Shown: one piece after another, positions 43,183-57,540 of the stretch
Numbering within the stretch: the stretch's first letter is position 1
Layout of the letters: the number at the start of each line of letters is the position of its first letter
Origin: Octopus sinensis
Lineage: Eukaryota
Direction of reading: 5' to 3'
Length of the DNA stretch: 64,000 nt
Assembly (NCBI RefSeq): GCF_006345805.1
Contig: NC_043015.1
Span: 36,146,001-36,210,000 of the forward strand
Program-made: the position numbers and the translations under genes
The notes under the pieces: model-generated
Told to the model about the DNA's origin: nothing
Databases searched by the model: none
The model's input: the letters and a program-made list of their open reading frames with translations, nothing else

Positions 43183-43253
<71 letters not shown>

Positions 43254-43719
43254 CACAAGTATGTTGATGCAAACAATACAATTAGAAGTGTGCTATTTTC
43301 CCTGTTTGCATCGCCATACCTGTTCTTCGCTCCTACATCTTGATGAGTTGTATCGACAAACTCAAATGCCAGCATGGAGGAATACCGTGTGCGTGTGTTT
43401 GTGTGTTTGTATGTGTGTATGTGTGTGTGTGTGTGTACAGTGTGAGGCAGAGAATATAAGATAGACATATAACAGTATAACCGCAAGCCAAAGCCGGCAA
43501 ACCAACATCACCGCGCGGCCTTTGTAGATCCGCAAACTTAACCATCTTTAGCTGGTTTAATTAACATCATTATTTTCATCATTAACATCGGATTCGTTGT
43601 CCTCCTCTACCTCAGCGCAGTTTTCATCGCATTCGTCGTCATCCTCTTGTTCTCAATCATTGTCTCTCTTCTTAAAGTTGTTGTTGTTGCTGTCGTCGTT
43701 GTTTTTGTTCTTGTTGTTG

Positions 43720-43750
<31 letters not shown>

Positions 43751-43751
43751 A

Positions 43752-43814
<63 letters not shown>

Positions 43815-43965
43815 GTTATTATTATTTCTCTTTATCACAGGTTTTGTTGGAGCTGCAGCAGCAACAACAATAATACATTAGAGAAATGTGAAAATTAATT
43901 TTACAGAGAATGAAGGGGAAAATAGAGACAGACTAGAAGAGAGATAGCGACTGACAGAGAGGGAA

Positions 43966-44003
<38 letters not shown>

Positions 44004-45081
44004 AAGCGAGAGAAAGAATGTGAGAGAGATAGAAAGTGAAATAGAGAATGTGATTGAGAGAGAAATCGAGAGAGTGAGGGAGGGGGAGACAAGTGAGAGA
44101 GAGGATGGGAGAGGGTGAGGGGGAGAGAGATCATAGAAGCAGATATTAATATCATTTTAAAAATGGCGAAAATAAACAAAAGCAAAATGAAATCTCTCTG
44201 ATGAATTTCTACAAGTTGAAATTGCTGAGCAATTCAAAACATTTTCTATAACAATGAATAATTGATGCTGCACAATCTCCGACACTATTTAAAAGGAAAA
44301 TGTTAATTCGATTGAACATTATGGTAATTGCAGGTGCCGTTAATTGGAGAAATGAGTTAATGGTAATCTCTCACTCAAAGACACAAACATATACGAGCAT
44401 ATGAATACGGATATATGTATGCACAGACGGACACACATGCGTAGACGCTGACAGCTAGCATCAGACTGACACAGGCATACACAGACAAATGTACGATTCT
44501 ATTGTTGTTTATCAAATGAAGTTATTAATTTAGTGTCTGTTTAAATAATTACCACATTGATTGGCCGACAAACGAATTTCTATATCGTTACATGGAATTT
44601 TCAAGAGAAATACATGACTCCAGTTCCTCGGTTTCGCGAAGGCATCATACCCTGAGCTGTTTCAGTAATATTCCACTGCAACCGTTCTCATTGCTTAATT
44701 CTTGTGGCGACGCGGCGATGGATATTTTCTGTTACCAATTAATTAGGTTCTTCACCTGCATCAGAAAACAAATCGGATCCAGACGGAGCATTGCAAGTAA
44801 TTTGTAACTAAAATGCTAGTCACATACACACGCTCACACACACATACACACGCACGAACAGGCACACACACACGTACACACACCTACAACCGTGTTCATA
44901 TGTTAGGTTTATAGCGAAAGACAATCAACTACGCTCACACAGAGAAACATTGGTCTACACAAACGCCTTTAGTAAACCAGTTTAGTAAATAAATAAGTTA
45001 ACATAATATAATGTCTAAAAGTTGATGAACCACCTAATAATCCCTTCTATTATCTTATTGCTCTCTCTCTCTCTCTCTCAC

Positions 45082-45184
<103 letters not shown>

Positions 45185-45222
45185 GCAAGATTTTTTTATG
45201 TGAAGTCGTGTGTTGAAACAGG

Positions 45223-45489
45223 TATTGTTATATTTCGGAATGGTCATTTTACCAGTTTAGCCAATAAAAACGCTAAAATGGCTGACGGTTAGTAAGGAGA
45301 GACACAAATAAAAAAGAAGAAAACAAAGGACCACTGATGCGGTCACAGTAGTGTGACGAAAGAACTCTGGCCGAAATGAGATTAAGATTAATGTAAAAAA
45401 TAAATAACACTGAAACAAAAGAACACCAAATATATAGTGCGTGTGTTTTTATTGGCTAAACTGGCAAAATGACCATTCCGAAATATAAC

Positions 45490-45493
<4 letters not shown>
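45223..45493. mobile_element. 271-bp element with 49-bp inverted ends and an internal hammerhead-like motif
   Basis: Arms 45223-45271 and 45445-45493 (48/49 match). CCA-CUGAUGC-G-GUCACA[GUAG]UGUGAC-GAAAG..CUC-UGG at 45331-45370. Confidence 0.7.
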
Positions 45494-45546
<53 letters not shown>

Positions 45547-45741
45547 TTAATGTGCGTGGTTGTGTTTGTCTCCTTGCTTGACAACCGATCCTGTTGTCCC
45601 TGTGACCTAGCAGTTCGGCAAAACATACGGTACTATAAGTACTAAGCTTACAAAGAATAAATCCTGGGATAGATTTCTTCGACAAACACCTTTAAGGAGG
45701 TGCTACAGCATGGCCGTAGTCAAATGACTTAAACAAGTGAA

Positions 45742-45785
<44 letters not shown>

Positions 45786-46254
45786 TACATATGCATATAT
45801 ATATATTTATATGTATGTATATATATTTTATATATATATACATATGCATATATATATATATATCTATATGTATGTATATATATTTATATATAAATTAAAC
45901 ACTTGTAGGCATGCAGTATTTCGTTACAGAACCTCAATATTCTATAAATTATATTATACGTTTTTAGAAGTCAATGCTATGCTCTACTGTGTTAGCATTG
46001 TGTTTTTATATCACTTGTTAAGGTTATCTCCGCAGATTTAGTATGGAAATTGTAACCATCATTGATTTGTTACGACCTTTCCTATCTGAACATGTCCAAT
46101 GTAAACAACGATGTGATCAAAGTTGGTTAAATAGTAAATTGGTGTACATGCATATTTCAGGAGTTCTTGCTCCTTCTTCAGTATCATTTAAAACCTATTA
46201 ACCATCCACGAACACATTGCTTAAAAAACGTGGCAGCATTATTGGATAGACCAA

Positions 46255-46467
46255 AGGCGAGCTGGCAGAACCGTTAGCACACTAGACGAAATTCTTAGCC
46301 GTATTTCGGCCATCACTACGTTGTCAGTTCAAATTCCACCGAGGTCGACTTTGCCTGTCATCCTTTCGGGGTCCATAAATTAAGTACCAGTTGACTACTG
46401 GAGTCGACATAATCGACTATCCCTCTCCCCGAAATTTCAGGCCTTGCAGCTATAGTAGAAAGAATTT
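46255..46467 (+). mobile_element. tRNA-derived SINE with a 13-bp TSD
   Basis: GGCGAGCTGGCAGAA head and CAGTTCAAATTCC B box. TTGGATAGACCAA at 46242-46254 and 46468-46480. Confidence 0.9.
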
Positions 46468-47544
46468 TTGGATAGACCAATTTTACTTATTAAATACATT
46501 CCTGGCAACTGGTGCCTACGTATTACTTACTTGTCTGGACACCGTATTTCGTTTTGCAACCATAATATATTATTGATATATCTAACAATGTCACACTGCT
46601 CTAATCAGTGACTATTTAAGCAATGTGGGTTCTTACTGGTTGGCAAAGCGAAATATTAGTTTTGCCAATATAATTTCTTTGCTGTTGCGGCAGGTGATGT
46701 AGTATATGAAAAATTGTGATTTGTAGTTCATATCAGCATGAGTGTGAAGAAGAATCCACTTTTAAAATTGATATAGAAACCATTGACCAAATGTTTGAAG
46801 TTCTGGTGGTTACATGTCCCATTCACGACGGAAAGCATTCATAATGAATTACTGTTCCTAGACTTTCATGTCAAAATACGCGTCTCCACAGAAACAAGGA
46901 ATACATTTTCCAAAAACAAAACACCTGACACGCGTTAATCTTTGAACTTCCACTCTTGTCATCCATCACACATTAAAAACTACAATCCATACAGTATGGC
47001 AGCAAGTGAATGTGCAAATAGTAGTTGATGCAAAATTATGTGGAATCCGATTCAACTTCCGAAAAGAGATGAAATACCACCTCAAGTTAATAATTGAAGG
47101 AATTATAAAGGTGAACATCACACAGTTGAGGAAACCAAGGAAAAAGATTGAAGAAAATGCTGTACCATTTAATAATTCATACAATCCAGGTGTAACTAAT
47201 ATTCTCTATACGTTAAAATTAAATCTAACAATTCTCTCAGAAAGTCCTAAAAGACTGATCGACATTTGAGCGTTTCTATGTTTACATCTTAAAACAGATT
47301 TGCATCTTCTGGACTTCTTTCATATAGTACAGTCAATCCACTACTAACAATCAAATTATTTTCTTGGTATATAACATATATACATCTATACAAATATGTC
47401 TATGTGCGTATGTATGTATATGTATATGTAATGTATATATATAATATATATACATATATATACCTATATATATATATATATGTATATATGTATATATATA
47501 TATTGTATATACATATACATATATATATATACATATATACATAC

Positions 47545-47575
<31 letters not shown>

Positions 47576-47603
47576 GGTATATATATGTATATATATAATA
47601 TAT

Positions 47604-47635
<32 letters not shown>

Positions 47636-47729
47636 GATAGATAGATAGTTAGTTTATCTTATATTTATTTATATACACACACAGGCATTTATGCGTTTGT
47701 TTTGGAAAATTCCTAATGCGTAATCATGT

Positions 47730-48035
47730 GTTGAAAGAGATATTGCTATTTTTCGGGACGGTCATTTTCCTTTTTATTATTTTTTATACACACGCACAAT
47801 ATATTCGTTCTTATTTCAGTTTTGTTGTTGTTATTATTTTAATCCTTTGTTTAAATCTTTCGTCACACATTCTGCGACCTCTTCAGCGACTTTCCATTTC
47901 ATGCGTCCCTTCTTGCTCAGTTTCACCTATGATGTCTTTCTAAACTAAGAAAAATAATAAATCTGGAACGAAGAACGAAAATACAGTGCGTGTGTGTATT
48001 TGACAAAAGTAAATATGACCATTCCGAAATATTAA
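47730..48035 (-). mobile_element. Older copy of the 45223 family, with a hammerhead core at 47851-47890
   Basis: Ends TTTCGGGACGGTCATTTT / ATATGACCATTCCGAAAT. Minus strand CUGAAGA-G-GUCGCA[GAAUG]UGUGAC-GAAAGA. Confidence 0.6.
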
Positions 48036-48456
48036 AAAATATATATTTATGTATAATTAATTAATTAATTAACGAAATATAAAACCATTTAATGATTCTA
48101 TGAAGTAGGTAGAATGTTAAAACCATTTCGGAAAATTTGTATATTGATATATAACTATTTACATATGACTATAGCACAGGGGTCTGAGTAGACACACCAA
48201 CATGCTTGAGATAGACGCTAAAAGCTCTATAAACCACGTATTTACTCCATTAGCAGAGGATGAAAGCGAGCTGTTGGGTCAATCATATATCAAAAGAAAG
48301 ATATACACATGTGCTAAACAAGTAAAGTAATAGGCGGTATATAGAGCTTTCAGCGACGACTATTTCAAGCATGTTGTTGTATCTACGCACAACCTTGTGC
48401 TATAAGAATATCTATTTATTATATATATATACATGTGTATATATATATATATTATA

Positions 48457-48522
<66 letters not shown>

Positions 48523-48617
48523 ATGTATATGTATATATATATATGTATATGCATATTATATATGTATATGTATCTTTTTATATGTATATATATATAATAT
48601 ATATATAATATATATCT

Positions 48618-48675
<58 letters not shown>

Positions 48676-48737
48676 ATATATAAATATATATATATACGTG
48701 TATGTATGTATGTAATTATGTATATATGTGTATATGA

Positions 48738-49047
48738 GGAGGCGCAATGGCCCACCTGGTTAGGGCAGCGGACTCGCAGTCATAGGATCGCGGTTTCGTT
48801 TCCCAGACTGGGCGGTGTGTTTTTGGAACGAAAACACCTCCGGCAAGACTCCGACAAGGGGCGGTGGCAAACCCTGCTATTCTCTTTCATCACAACTTTA
48901 TCTCATTCTGAATCTCCCCGCGAACTACGTTAAGGGTACACGTGTCGGTGGAGTGTTCAGCCACTTGCACGTTAATTTTATGAGCAGGCTCTTCCGTTAA
49001 TCGGAGCAACCGGAACCCTCGTCGTCATAACCGATGGAGTGTCACGA
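48738..49047 (+). mobile_element. tRNA-derived SINE, near full length
   Basis: GGAGGCGCAATGGCCCACCTGG (A box-like) and GGTTTCGTTTCC (B box-like), followed by a ~250-bp body; flanked by TA-rich repeats. Confidence 0.75.
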
Positions 49048-49162
49048 CGTGTATATGTAATATATGTATGTAACATATACGTGTGTGTGTAGGTATATTA
49101 CATTATATATTATATATATCTAATGTGTGCGTGTGTGGGAGAGAGAGAGAGAATTCGAAATA

Positions 49163-49205
<43 letters not shown>

Positions 49206-49447
49206 GACAAGTAACAAAACAATAATTATAGCAACGCTGATATCGTGGAATGGCATTAAGGTCAACCATCTCAGAAATATTTCTGCGATTCCTTTTTCCC
49301 GTTATTCTTCTGTTTTCTTCCCTTTCTTTCCTTTTTCCGTTTTTCTTCCTAACTAAGCGTCCGAAAGTTCACCGACCACACATACATAAATGCACATAAT
49401 AATAGCACATACACATGCATGCATGCATACTTACATACATATATATA

Positions 49448-49517
<70 letters not shown>

Positions 49518-50799
49518 ATATAATATATATACATATACATACACCCACACACACAATATATATAAATATATATATATATATATTATATATATATATGCAT
49601 ATAGATAATAAACATTCTCTTCCCCATTCAACTCTAGATTATTTCAACTAAATCACAGATAGAAAAGAAAAGCATAAATCTATAAAGTTATCATTTTTGA
49701 TGATTCTCCGAACTGAGATGAAAGTGCAGAATAAATAATTATCCAATATTCTATGTACTTCCTTTTTCTTAAAATACAGAATCTGTTCGTCACTTCAAAC
49801 AATGCATACATAGATACCTGTGTGAATGTATGTATGTATGTACATGTATGTATGTATGTATGTATGTATGTATGTATGTATGTATGTATGTATGTATGTA
49901 TGTATGTGCGTGTGTGTTTACACATAAAATTATATGTAAGTTAATGAAATATTTCTATCGTGATAATATAACAGGGAATAAAATTTCGATTCATTGTTTA
50001 TGAGACGTTCACAAACACACAGATAATGGCCGACATACGCATGAAAAGCCAGGCACAATGAGTAAAAGCACGTATTACAACAAACAAGCGTATTCAAATG
50101 TGAACATTAGACGCAGAAAAATACTAAAACACAGCAAAGTATACACCACAGTGTGCAGCCGTGCATCAGAGCAGCCCTGAAGTTGTGCAATAGATTAAAT
50201 CCGTTTCGCCATTTGCTTCGGCAAGAATGAATCACTTTTCTCCTTGCTTAATACTTTGTGCTTCCATTATCTGTATCTTAAAACTATTCATGCTTTTGTG
50301 AACAACTGTAAGATTTCTAGTTATATTTGAAGATTATAATTTCAATATGTGATTTTTTTGCAGATTTACGAAGTTGTCACAGACTTTGAAACAGATCTAT
50401 AGCAGGTGGTAAATATTTATTTCGATCACACCAGCTTAGTAGAATTAATATCTCCCAGAATTTCAATATCTGTCTACACAAACATCATTAAATTTACCAG
50501 AGTTTGATCCAAAAGTTTCATGGCATATTTTGTTTGTATAATTTTTTTCCTTTCCTTTTACAAGTTGTTGATATAAGTACCGATCGTCTGCTAACGCAAT
50601 CAAACTAATGGCCACTTCTATTTGAGTTCTGACGCTTTTTATCCATTGCGGTTGCTACTAAGTCAAACTAAACTGTTGATCTCATCGATTGTTACTCTTT
50701 TCTCATATCAGTAAGGCCTGAATTCACTAAACACGAAGCGTAGAAGTCGTGCAACCATCTTTCATTTGTATAGAAATTGCATCTCTAGCACTACAGCCA

Positions 50800-51335
50800 T
50801 GTTGATGCTGTGGATTCTGAGCTGCAGTTGTTCTACCTTTAAGAAATCGCTTTGCAACCGCCATGCCGACGTGGAAGAAGAGGCAGCAATCAGTTCAACA
50901 TCCATGAAAGTTGGCCTCAAGATCAGGAAGATAAAAAGCATGTTGGTGTAATCTGTTTCTTTACTACCCACAAGGGGCTAAACACAGAGAGGACAAACAA
51001 GACAGACAGACGGATTAAGTCGATTATATCAACCCCAGTGCATAACTGGTACTTAAGTAATCGACCCCGAAAGGATGAAAGGCGAAGTCGACCACAGCGG
51101 AATTTGAACTCATAAAGTAGCGGCAGATGAAATACGGCTAAGCATTTCGTCCGGCGTGCTAACGATTCTGCCAGCTCGCCGCCATGTTGGTGTAATTATC
51201 CACCGATGTCAGTGTCACAGTTAAAGAACTGGAAAATGAAGATGTCAGACATTACACATACCAGAGATGTGTCTTCCATGAGGAATGCAGAGCGATCAGG
51301 ATATACAAGAACGATTGAAGCCACTGCTGCCTTCA
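50800..51335 (+). mobile_element. Old RTE-like LINE remnant interrupted by a SINE
   Basis: With the SINE removed the sequence reads ...SMKVGLKIRKIKSML..., ELENEDVRHYTY, DQDIQER..ATAAF, resembling the post-YADD region of RTE RTs. Confidence 0.5.
50953..51182 (-). mobile_element. tRNA-derived SINE with a 14-bp TSD
   Basis: CATGTTGGTGTAAT at 50939-50952 and 51183-51196. GGCGAGCTGGCAGAATCGTTAGC head on the minus strand. Confidence 0.9.
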
Positions 51336-52658
51336 TTACACACAACCCACGAGGTTTGTTGTTTGCGTAACGTTTTCTTTACTCTCACGACTCGTTCATA
51401 CAAGTGAAGAGCCTCTGCTAACACAACCAAGCTGACGGCCTCTGCTATTTCCGTCCTGTCGTTTTTGTGAATAGATATCTCAGATTAAAAAAACTTATCG
51501 AAACCAGCAATTTATCGAAATCTATACCAAGAGAAGGGTGCAGAGATGACTGGGAAAAACACTACAGAAACCTGTTTTCGACATTACAACACAAGCCCTC
51601 CGGTAGACCCTCTTAAGGGGCGGAAATGTGGCAGAGAAAAAACAACATGAGAAATGTCCACAGAAACTGATTTACTTGTAGCTGGTTATACCCGGTTACA
51701 ACTGCAGTCCATTGCAAAATAAGACAGACTGAGATCCTTTGTGGGGCCCCACTTAGAGTCAAAGTAATGAAGAAGGCAATGGTAATTTCCCGCGTCCACA
51801 GTTCCCTTGTTATGAAAAGCATTCACAACTCACACGTTGATTTCGTGAACCCAAAGTTCGCTTCTTAAGAAAATTGTACCGTAGTCTTGTAAACTCGTCT
51901 TTGATTCCACGTTGTCCACAATTCTTCACACATATTTCTTAATACAGCTTCGATTGGCTCGTCTCGTGCCTTGTGGAAAATAACTTTAAACAGGAAGTAG
52001 TTAAAGTGCATAACTAAGGCAGTCGATTAAAGACCACAACTAGGGATTTGAAGAACTTTATAATTTCATTATCATTTTCACCAGGGATCCAATCAGTAAA
52101 GAACTTTTAGTCACCCTTACATCAACCTCTGAAAACTTTAAAAGGAAGGTTATGCAATCTCGAAACTAAATCATATAAAACAAGTGAAATAAATAGATAA
52201 ATAAATGCATGAATGATTAAATGCAATAAATGCGACATGATATCAACCTCGCCATTCGAACCTTTCAATGTGTAAACATAAAGAAATAAACGTGATATTC
52301 GTTGGCAGGTGAAGAACGAATGAAAATGGAAATAATTAAATGTGAGAACAGCGCAACGGGATATAGATATGTTATTATCTGAAGATACAACCATGATAGC
52401 TCCAATGAAAGACGAACGGATTACAGATATCTGGTGTCATGAATTAATTGAGTGGTCACTATATTGGACATCTCTGCAGAGAAGTTGTCAGGTGAGTGGA
52501 AAGAGTTGGGGTGGAGTTTGGTTGTATTAAATTGTCAATGCTGCAACTAAAGTATTGCAGAGGTGTTGCACTAGGAAAGACATTAATGCAAGTATATTCA
52601 TCTGAGACTGTCTATACATATACCTGTTTATCTATCGACCTGTCTATGTGTATGTCTG

Positions 52659-52838
<180 letters not shown>

Positions 52839-53162
52839 TGTTTAGTCAAAAGGTTTGCAGTATTTCGTATCTTTTTCGCTGTAAAGCTCGTTTGAACCGG
52901 GGTATTTTTAGATTCCAATAAAGGAATGTTTAGTCAACGTGATAGTTGCGAACCATTTTCATAATATCACAGGCGTTTCCTGTTGCAGGCCTATAATTCT
53001 CCATTTCCCGAGCTGGAACAGCTAGAAACAGTGTAATGGGGAAAACACAACCCGAAAGCCTACCTGTAGTATTTGTTCCAGATTTATTTTTTTCTTTACT
53101 AAACTGAGTGTGAGGTTTTCCTCTCTCCAATTGTAGAGAAGTTACGTACATCTGGTCATTTC

Positions 53163-53213
53163 AGTCTGACGAGTCGACTATACAGCTTTATAAGTGCGAA
53201 ACCAATGGTCACT
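53163..53213 (+). ncRNA. Type I hammerhead motif, canonical core and GUC triplet, decayed stems
   Basis: AGU-CUGACGA-G...UAUA[CAGCUU]UAUAAGUGC-GAAA-CC[AAU]GG-UC-ACU. Predicted cleavage after 53210. Confidence 0.55.
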
Positions 53214-54217
53214 CTCTGTGGTCCCTCTCTGACCGGACATAACAAAGAACCATCTAAATATATTACTGTTCTGTTTTAGAGAACGGCTCCTTTTTCGGAT
53301 GTATGACCTACTGACGATATATATATTCTCATTTCGATAGCAGCATTATTAACCTCGGATAATATTCCATCATAAATCTTTCTTCGTATCCTTCCCTTTT
53401 ATTCTCTCCCTTTTTTTTTCAGTTATAAACACAATCACTCACACACATACACACAAACGCGCGCACACTCACATACACACACACACACATTAACACGCCT
53501 CCATTCAACATTCATCTTCATATCCGCCGACATTGTTCATATATTCCTAACAACAACAACAACAACGACAATACCTAGACCAAAAGCGAAGCCATCGAAA
53601 CAACGTTCGGAGCGTATCTCTCTCTACCGAAGCTAACCTAATATAATAACGTCACAAATAATATCATGATATTTCTTTCATAGATTTGTTTATTCTTTTA
53701 TTCATTTTCGTACGCTTCTTTCATTATGTTGGTACTATAATATATTTTTAACCTCGATTGTGGAAACCAATCGGGTATTGATTCGCTGAGCTTACGAACC
53801 AAACTAATATCATTGCTGTTTTTATTATATTAACGGAAACAAAACGACGAGTATTAGTTATTATTAAAAAACCATGTCACAAATGCAACGGGAATGTCTT
53901 TCGGTACAAAATTTAGAAAAAAGACAAAATGCAGTGCAAAATAACGTTGACAGCGATATCGGAGTCATTGCTGTATAAATATTGTTGGAAAAGTGCGTCC
54001 CTTTGTGACACACTGATCATTGTAGCAGTTACAATACGAGTTTCAGATTTAAATATGAGGGGTTCTTTGTGTGAAATTTAGATGAAACATAAAGCCATTC
54101 AAATATGATACATTTCTCTACATTTATGATCGCAGTTTTGCATTGTCAGTTGCCAAAACAATCGTGCATACAAAGTAGAGTCAACTCAGTTCCTTCATCA
54201 CAATGAGCACACACACA

Positions 54218-54255
<38 letters not shown>

Positions 54256-54256
54256 G

Positions 54257-54339
<83 letters not shown>

Positions 54340-54832
54340 TATATATATTATATAATGTATGTGTGTATTATTATATATATATATAATCAGTAATCATAAA
54401 TCCAAAAGAGAAGTACTAAGTTACAGAACAATAGTCTTTAGAGAATTTTAGATAACGCCGGTCCATAGGGTTGCCCACAATTTCGCATCTATACGGCGCT
54501 TAACTTTACACAGACCCTAATGGCTGGTAGCTTATAACCTCTCTTCATAAGGCAGCGAAAAAAGGCCTTGTGGCTAGTTTTCCAATACACAGACAAAGAA
54601 GAAAGGTCAAGCACAAATGATTATCTCCTTTAGACCACTAACCTGAATCCACCCAGTCAGCTTGCGAGTCCAAGGATTTTATGAGGAAAGACCTGAAGTG
54701 AAACAAGGTCCGAGTACTTCTGACCAAGAATTTAAGATGTTTCCCGGGTCGAGGGAGTCCTTTAAAATCCTCGTCCATTCCGTGCTTCGAACGTTTGCTC
54801 TGCTGAATTTTATGTGTATGTATATATATATA

Positions 54833-55484
54833 TAACTTAGAATAACTTAGAAAGGTTTTGGCCAGTATTGGCCCAGGCCATGTCTAACTTAATAGCACCA
54901 CCTGGCGAAGTCTTTCAGTTCAGGATTTGGGCACCAAGGCCCATTCGAGCAGAGAGTTATTGTTTGCGGAGACATATCCGGGAGTGTGTGGGTGGTTTGT
55001 CCGGTACTGTTTGAAGGAATTTGTCCAAAGACTTCTTGAATTTTGTGTGGTCAGTTTCTTTTTTGACGTGTCCTGGTGTAATGTGAAGAGAGCGGGTCCA
55101 ATTGAGGTGAAATAGTTGTGCCGTATTGTCGTTATGTGATGCGATTTAGATTTTTGTTGTGGACGGATGTCACGTGGTCCAAGCCTTGGATGCATTTTGA
55201 AGGTGATGCCAACATCATTCGGACAGTGCTGATGGAATATTTTCCACATCATACAGATAATGTAGCGTTCACGGCGTCGTTGGAGTGAATACAATTTCAG
55301 CTTCTCTAGTCTACCCCAGTAGTCAAGGTCTGACATGCCATCTATCTTTTTTGTGATTGACCTTTGAGGAGCTTCAATTCTCATAATATTTTGTTTTGTG
55401 TAGGGAGACCACAGTGGACAGCAGTATTCAAGGTGGGGTCGGGCAAAAGTAGAGAAGAGAAGGATAATAGCGTGGCAATCTCTC

Positions 55485-55486
<2 letters not shown>
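54833..55486 (-). mobile_element. 5'-truncated CR1-like LINE 3' end
   Basis: LLFSTFARPHLEYCCPLWSPYTKQNIMRIEAPQRSITKKIDG...SLQRRRERY, the CR1-type C-terminal RPHLEYC motif. 3' UTR shared with the 15943 copy; (TTCTAAGTTA)2 tail. Confidence 0.85.
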
Positions 55487-55526
<40 letters not shown>

Positions 55527-55665
55527 AGTATCATTACTGTTATTTTTGGATTATTGGCTCGGATTTTACCAAGTGGTATTTTATATCCATTTGAATCTTA
55601 ATTTCCCTTATATATAATACATTACATACATACATACATATATACACACGCACACAGACACACAC

Positions 55666-55704
<39 letters not shown>

Positions 55705-56821
55705 CATATATACAACTGCGTAACCGCAACACATGTGTATGCATGCGCGTACGCGATCATAAAAAGGTGCGCACGCACATACAGATACAAACAGAAACAA
55801 ATTTGTACCCGTTTGTTTACGCATTTAATAAGCATTCCTTTGATCAGACACAAAATCTCACATGGGTGGTAAACGTGATACGTCGGCCGGTTTGAGACCC
55901 TACCTGTCACCTTGGGTACTCTTCACTGCTTTCAATCTTTTACATGTATTCGATGCAGGTCTGTGTTCTAAAGATACTTAACTCCACCCGTTACACTAGT
56001 TTTTGTGAGCTTAACTAGGAAATGATCACTGTTTACTCTAATCTGCCACAGATATAAATCACAAAGACTATATTTTTTTCTTTGTAAACTCACTGCATTC
56101 TCCTTGGTTTATCAATTATTGAATTAAAAGTTCGTAAGCGGCGACTGCAAGCTTTGTGAGTCCATAATTTTAACAAACTAGAATGAGTGATTTTGCCTAA
56201 AGAAGGGGGAGAATTTCCCAACTTCAAGACATTTGCGTTCTTCGCGTTGCATGGAATTATTTTAAATTAAAGAATTTCAGCACTTAAATTTTAAGATTTT
56301 CACTTTGGTAAATTACACAGAAAATTCCATTATTATAAATGAGATAATTGAATATTGTGAAAATTGCCGAGAGGAACTTGGAATGAACGAAAGTCTCAGC
56401 GTCAGCGTAAATTGTTTCTTATTTTATATGGTACCTATGGAATGATTGCATACTTAGGTTCGGAGTTTTGTTCTTTAGTATCATGAATTACCAAATATCT
56501 AAATTATTTCGTCTACCAAAGTAACCTTTATTTTGCCCTGAGATATAAAAGTTGATGCCAGTTTGGTTTGAACGTCAATTGAAGACATAGCTAATGTGAC
56601 AGAGGTAGGTTGCTATTTGGTGTGCAATAAGTGTATATGAGTGGTTATGTTGAAGGAGGTGCGAGTCACTCATTCTCAGGGTCTGTTTGTCTATGTATGT
56701 TATTGGTATGCATAGCTGTATGTGCGCACGCTTGTATGCATGTGTGTATTTACGTATGCATAGACATACTCACTGTATATTTAGCATGCTTTTCTGCGTG
56801 GTTCTATATACACACAGACTG

Positions 56822-56866
<45 letters not shown>

Positions 56867-56964
56867 ATATATATATATATAAATATATATTATACATTTA
56901 TATACATATACATATATATATGTGTGTGTGTGTGTGCGTGTGTGTATGTCTCTATATATACATG

Positions 56965-56998
<34 letters not shown>

Positions 56999-57062
56999 TA
57001 TATATATATATATTTATATATACATATATATAAATACACACACACACACACGCAAACACACG

Positions 57063-57099
<37 letters not shown>

Positions 57100-57100
<1 letters not shown>

Positions 57101-57540
57101 GTGTGTGTTGAGTCAAAAGTTTCGCTGTATTTTGGTATTCTGGCTAAAACAGCAACAGCATTGCCAACAACGGCAGTAGTGGTGCCGAGGGGCCACTGTA
57201 CAGTAACAGTGACGGCGGTGGTGGAGGGGACGAGGGCTGCGCCAGAGGCAGAGGTGGTGGCTGGTGGCAACAAGACATCAAGCAGCAGAGACAACTACGG
57301 TAACTATTCTTACAGCTTCAACAGTAACAACAGCACCAACAATGCAGGCAGCAATTCGGCTAAACCTACAGTGTCTCCCGCATCAGGCGCACAGTTAACG
57401 ACAGTAACAGCAACGACTGTTACACCGCCAGCACAAGAGCACAGCCACAGAAATATGACGGTTTCATAGGCGACCCATTTAAGCAGCGTATGAGCAGGCG
57501 CAGGTCGTCCTTTAGGATTCGGGACAAGCACAATTCGTAA
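57100..57540 (+). other. GC-richer coding-like island, possible exon(s)
   Basis: An open frame of more than 100 codons to the stop at 57469, a second open frame ending ...PQKYDGFIGDPFKQRMSRRRSSFRIRDKHNS*, and a donor-like CG|gtaact near 57299. Confidence 0.3.

Noticed and set aside
52342-52495. ORF ending at a strong CAG|gtgagt donor (MKDERITDIW...)
   Set aside because: No convincing acceptor; it may be a decayed LINE C-terminus. Insufficient support either way.
54685-54712. GACCTGAAGTGAAACAAGGTC as a hammerhead
   Set aside because: No stem II, A9 is missing and there is no stem I pairing. The nearby minus-strand GC...GATGCGAAA (54482-54515) and 40394-40415 also lack a recognisable core.
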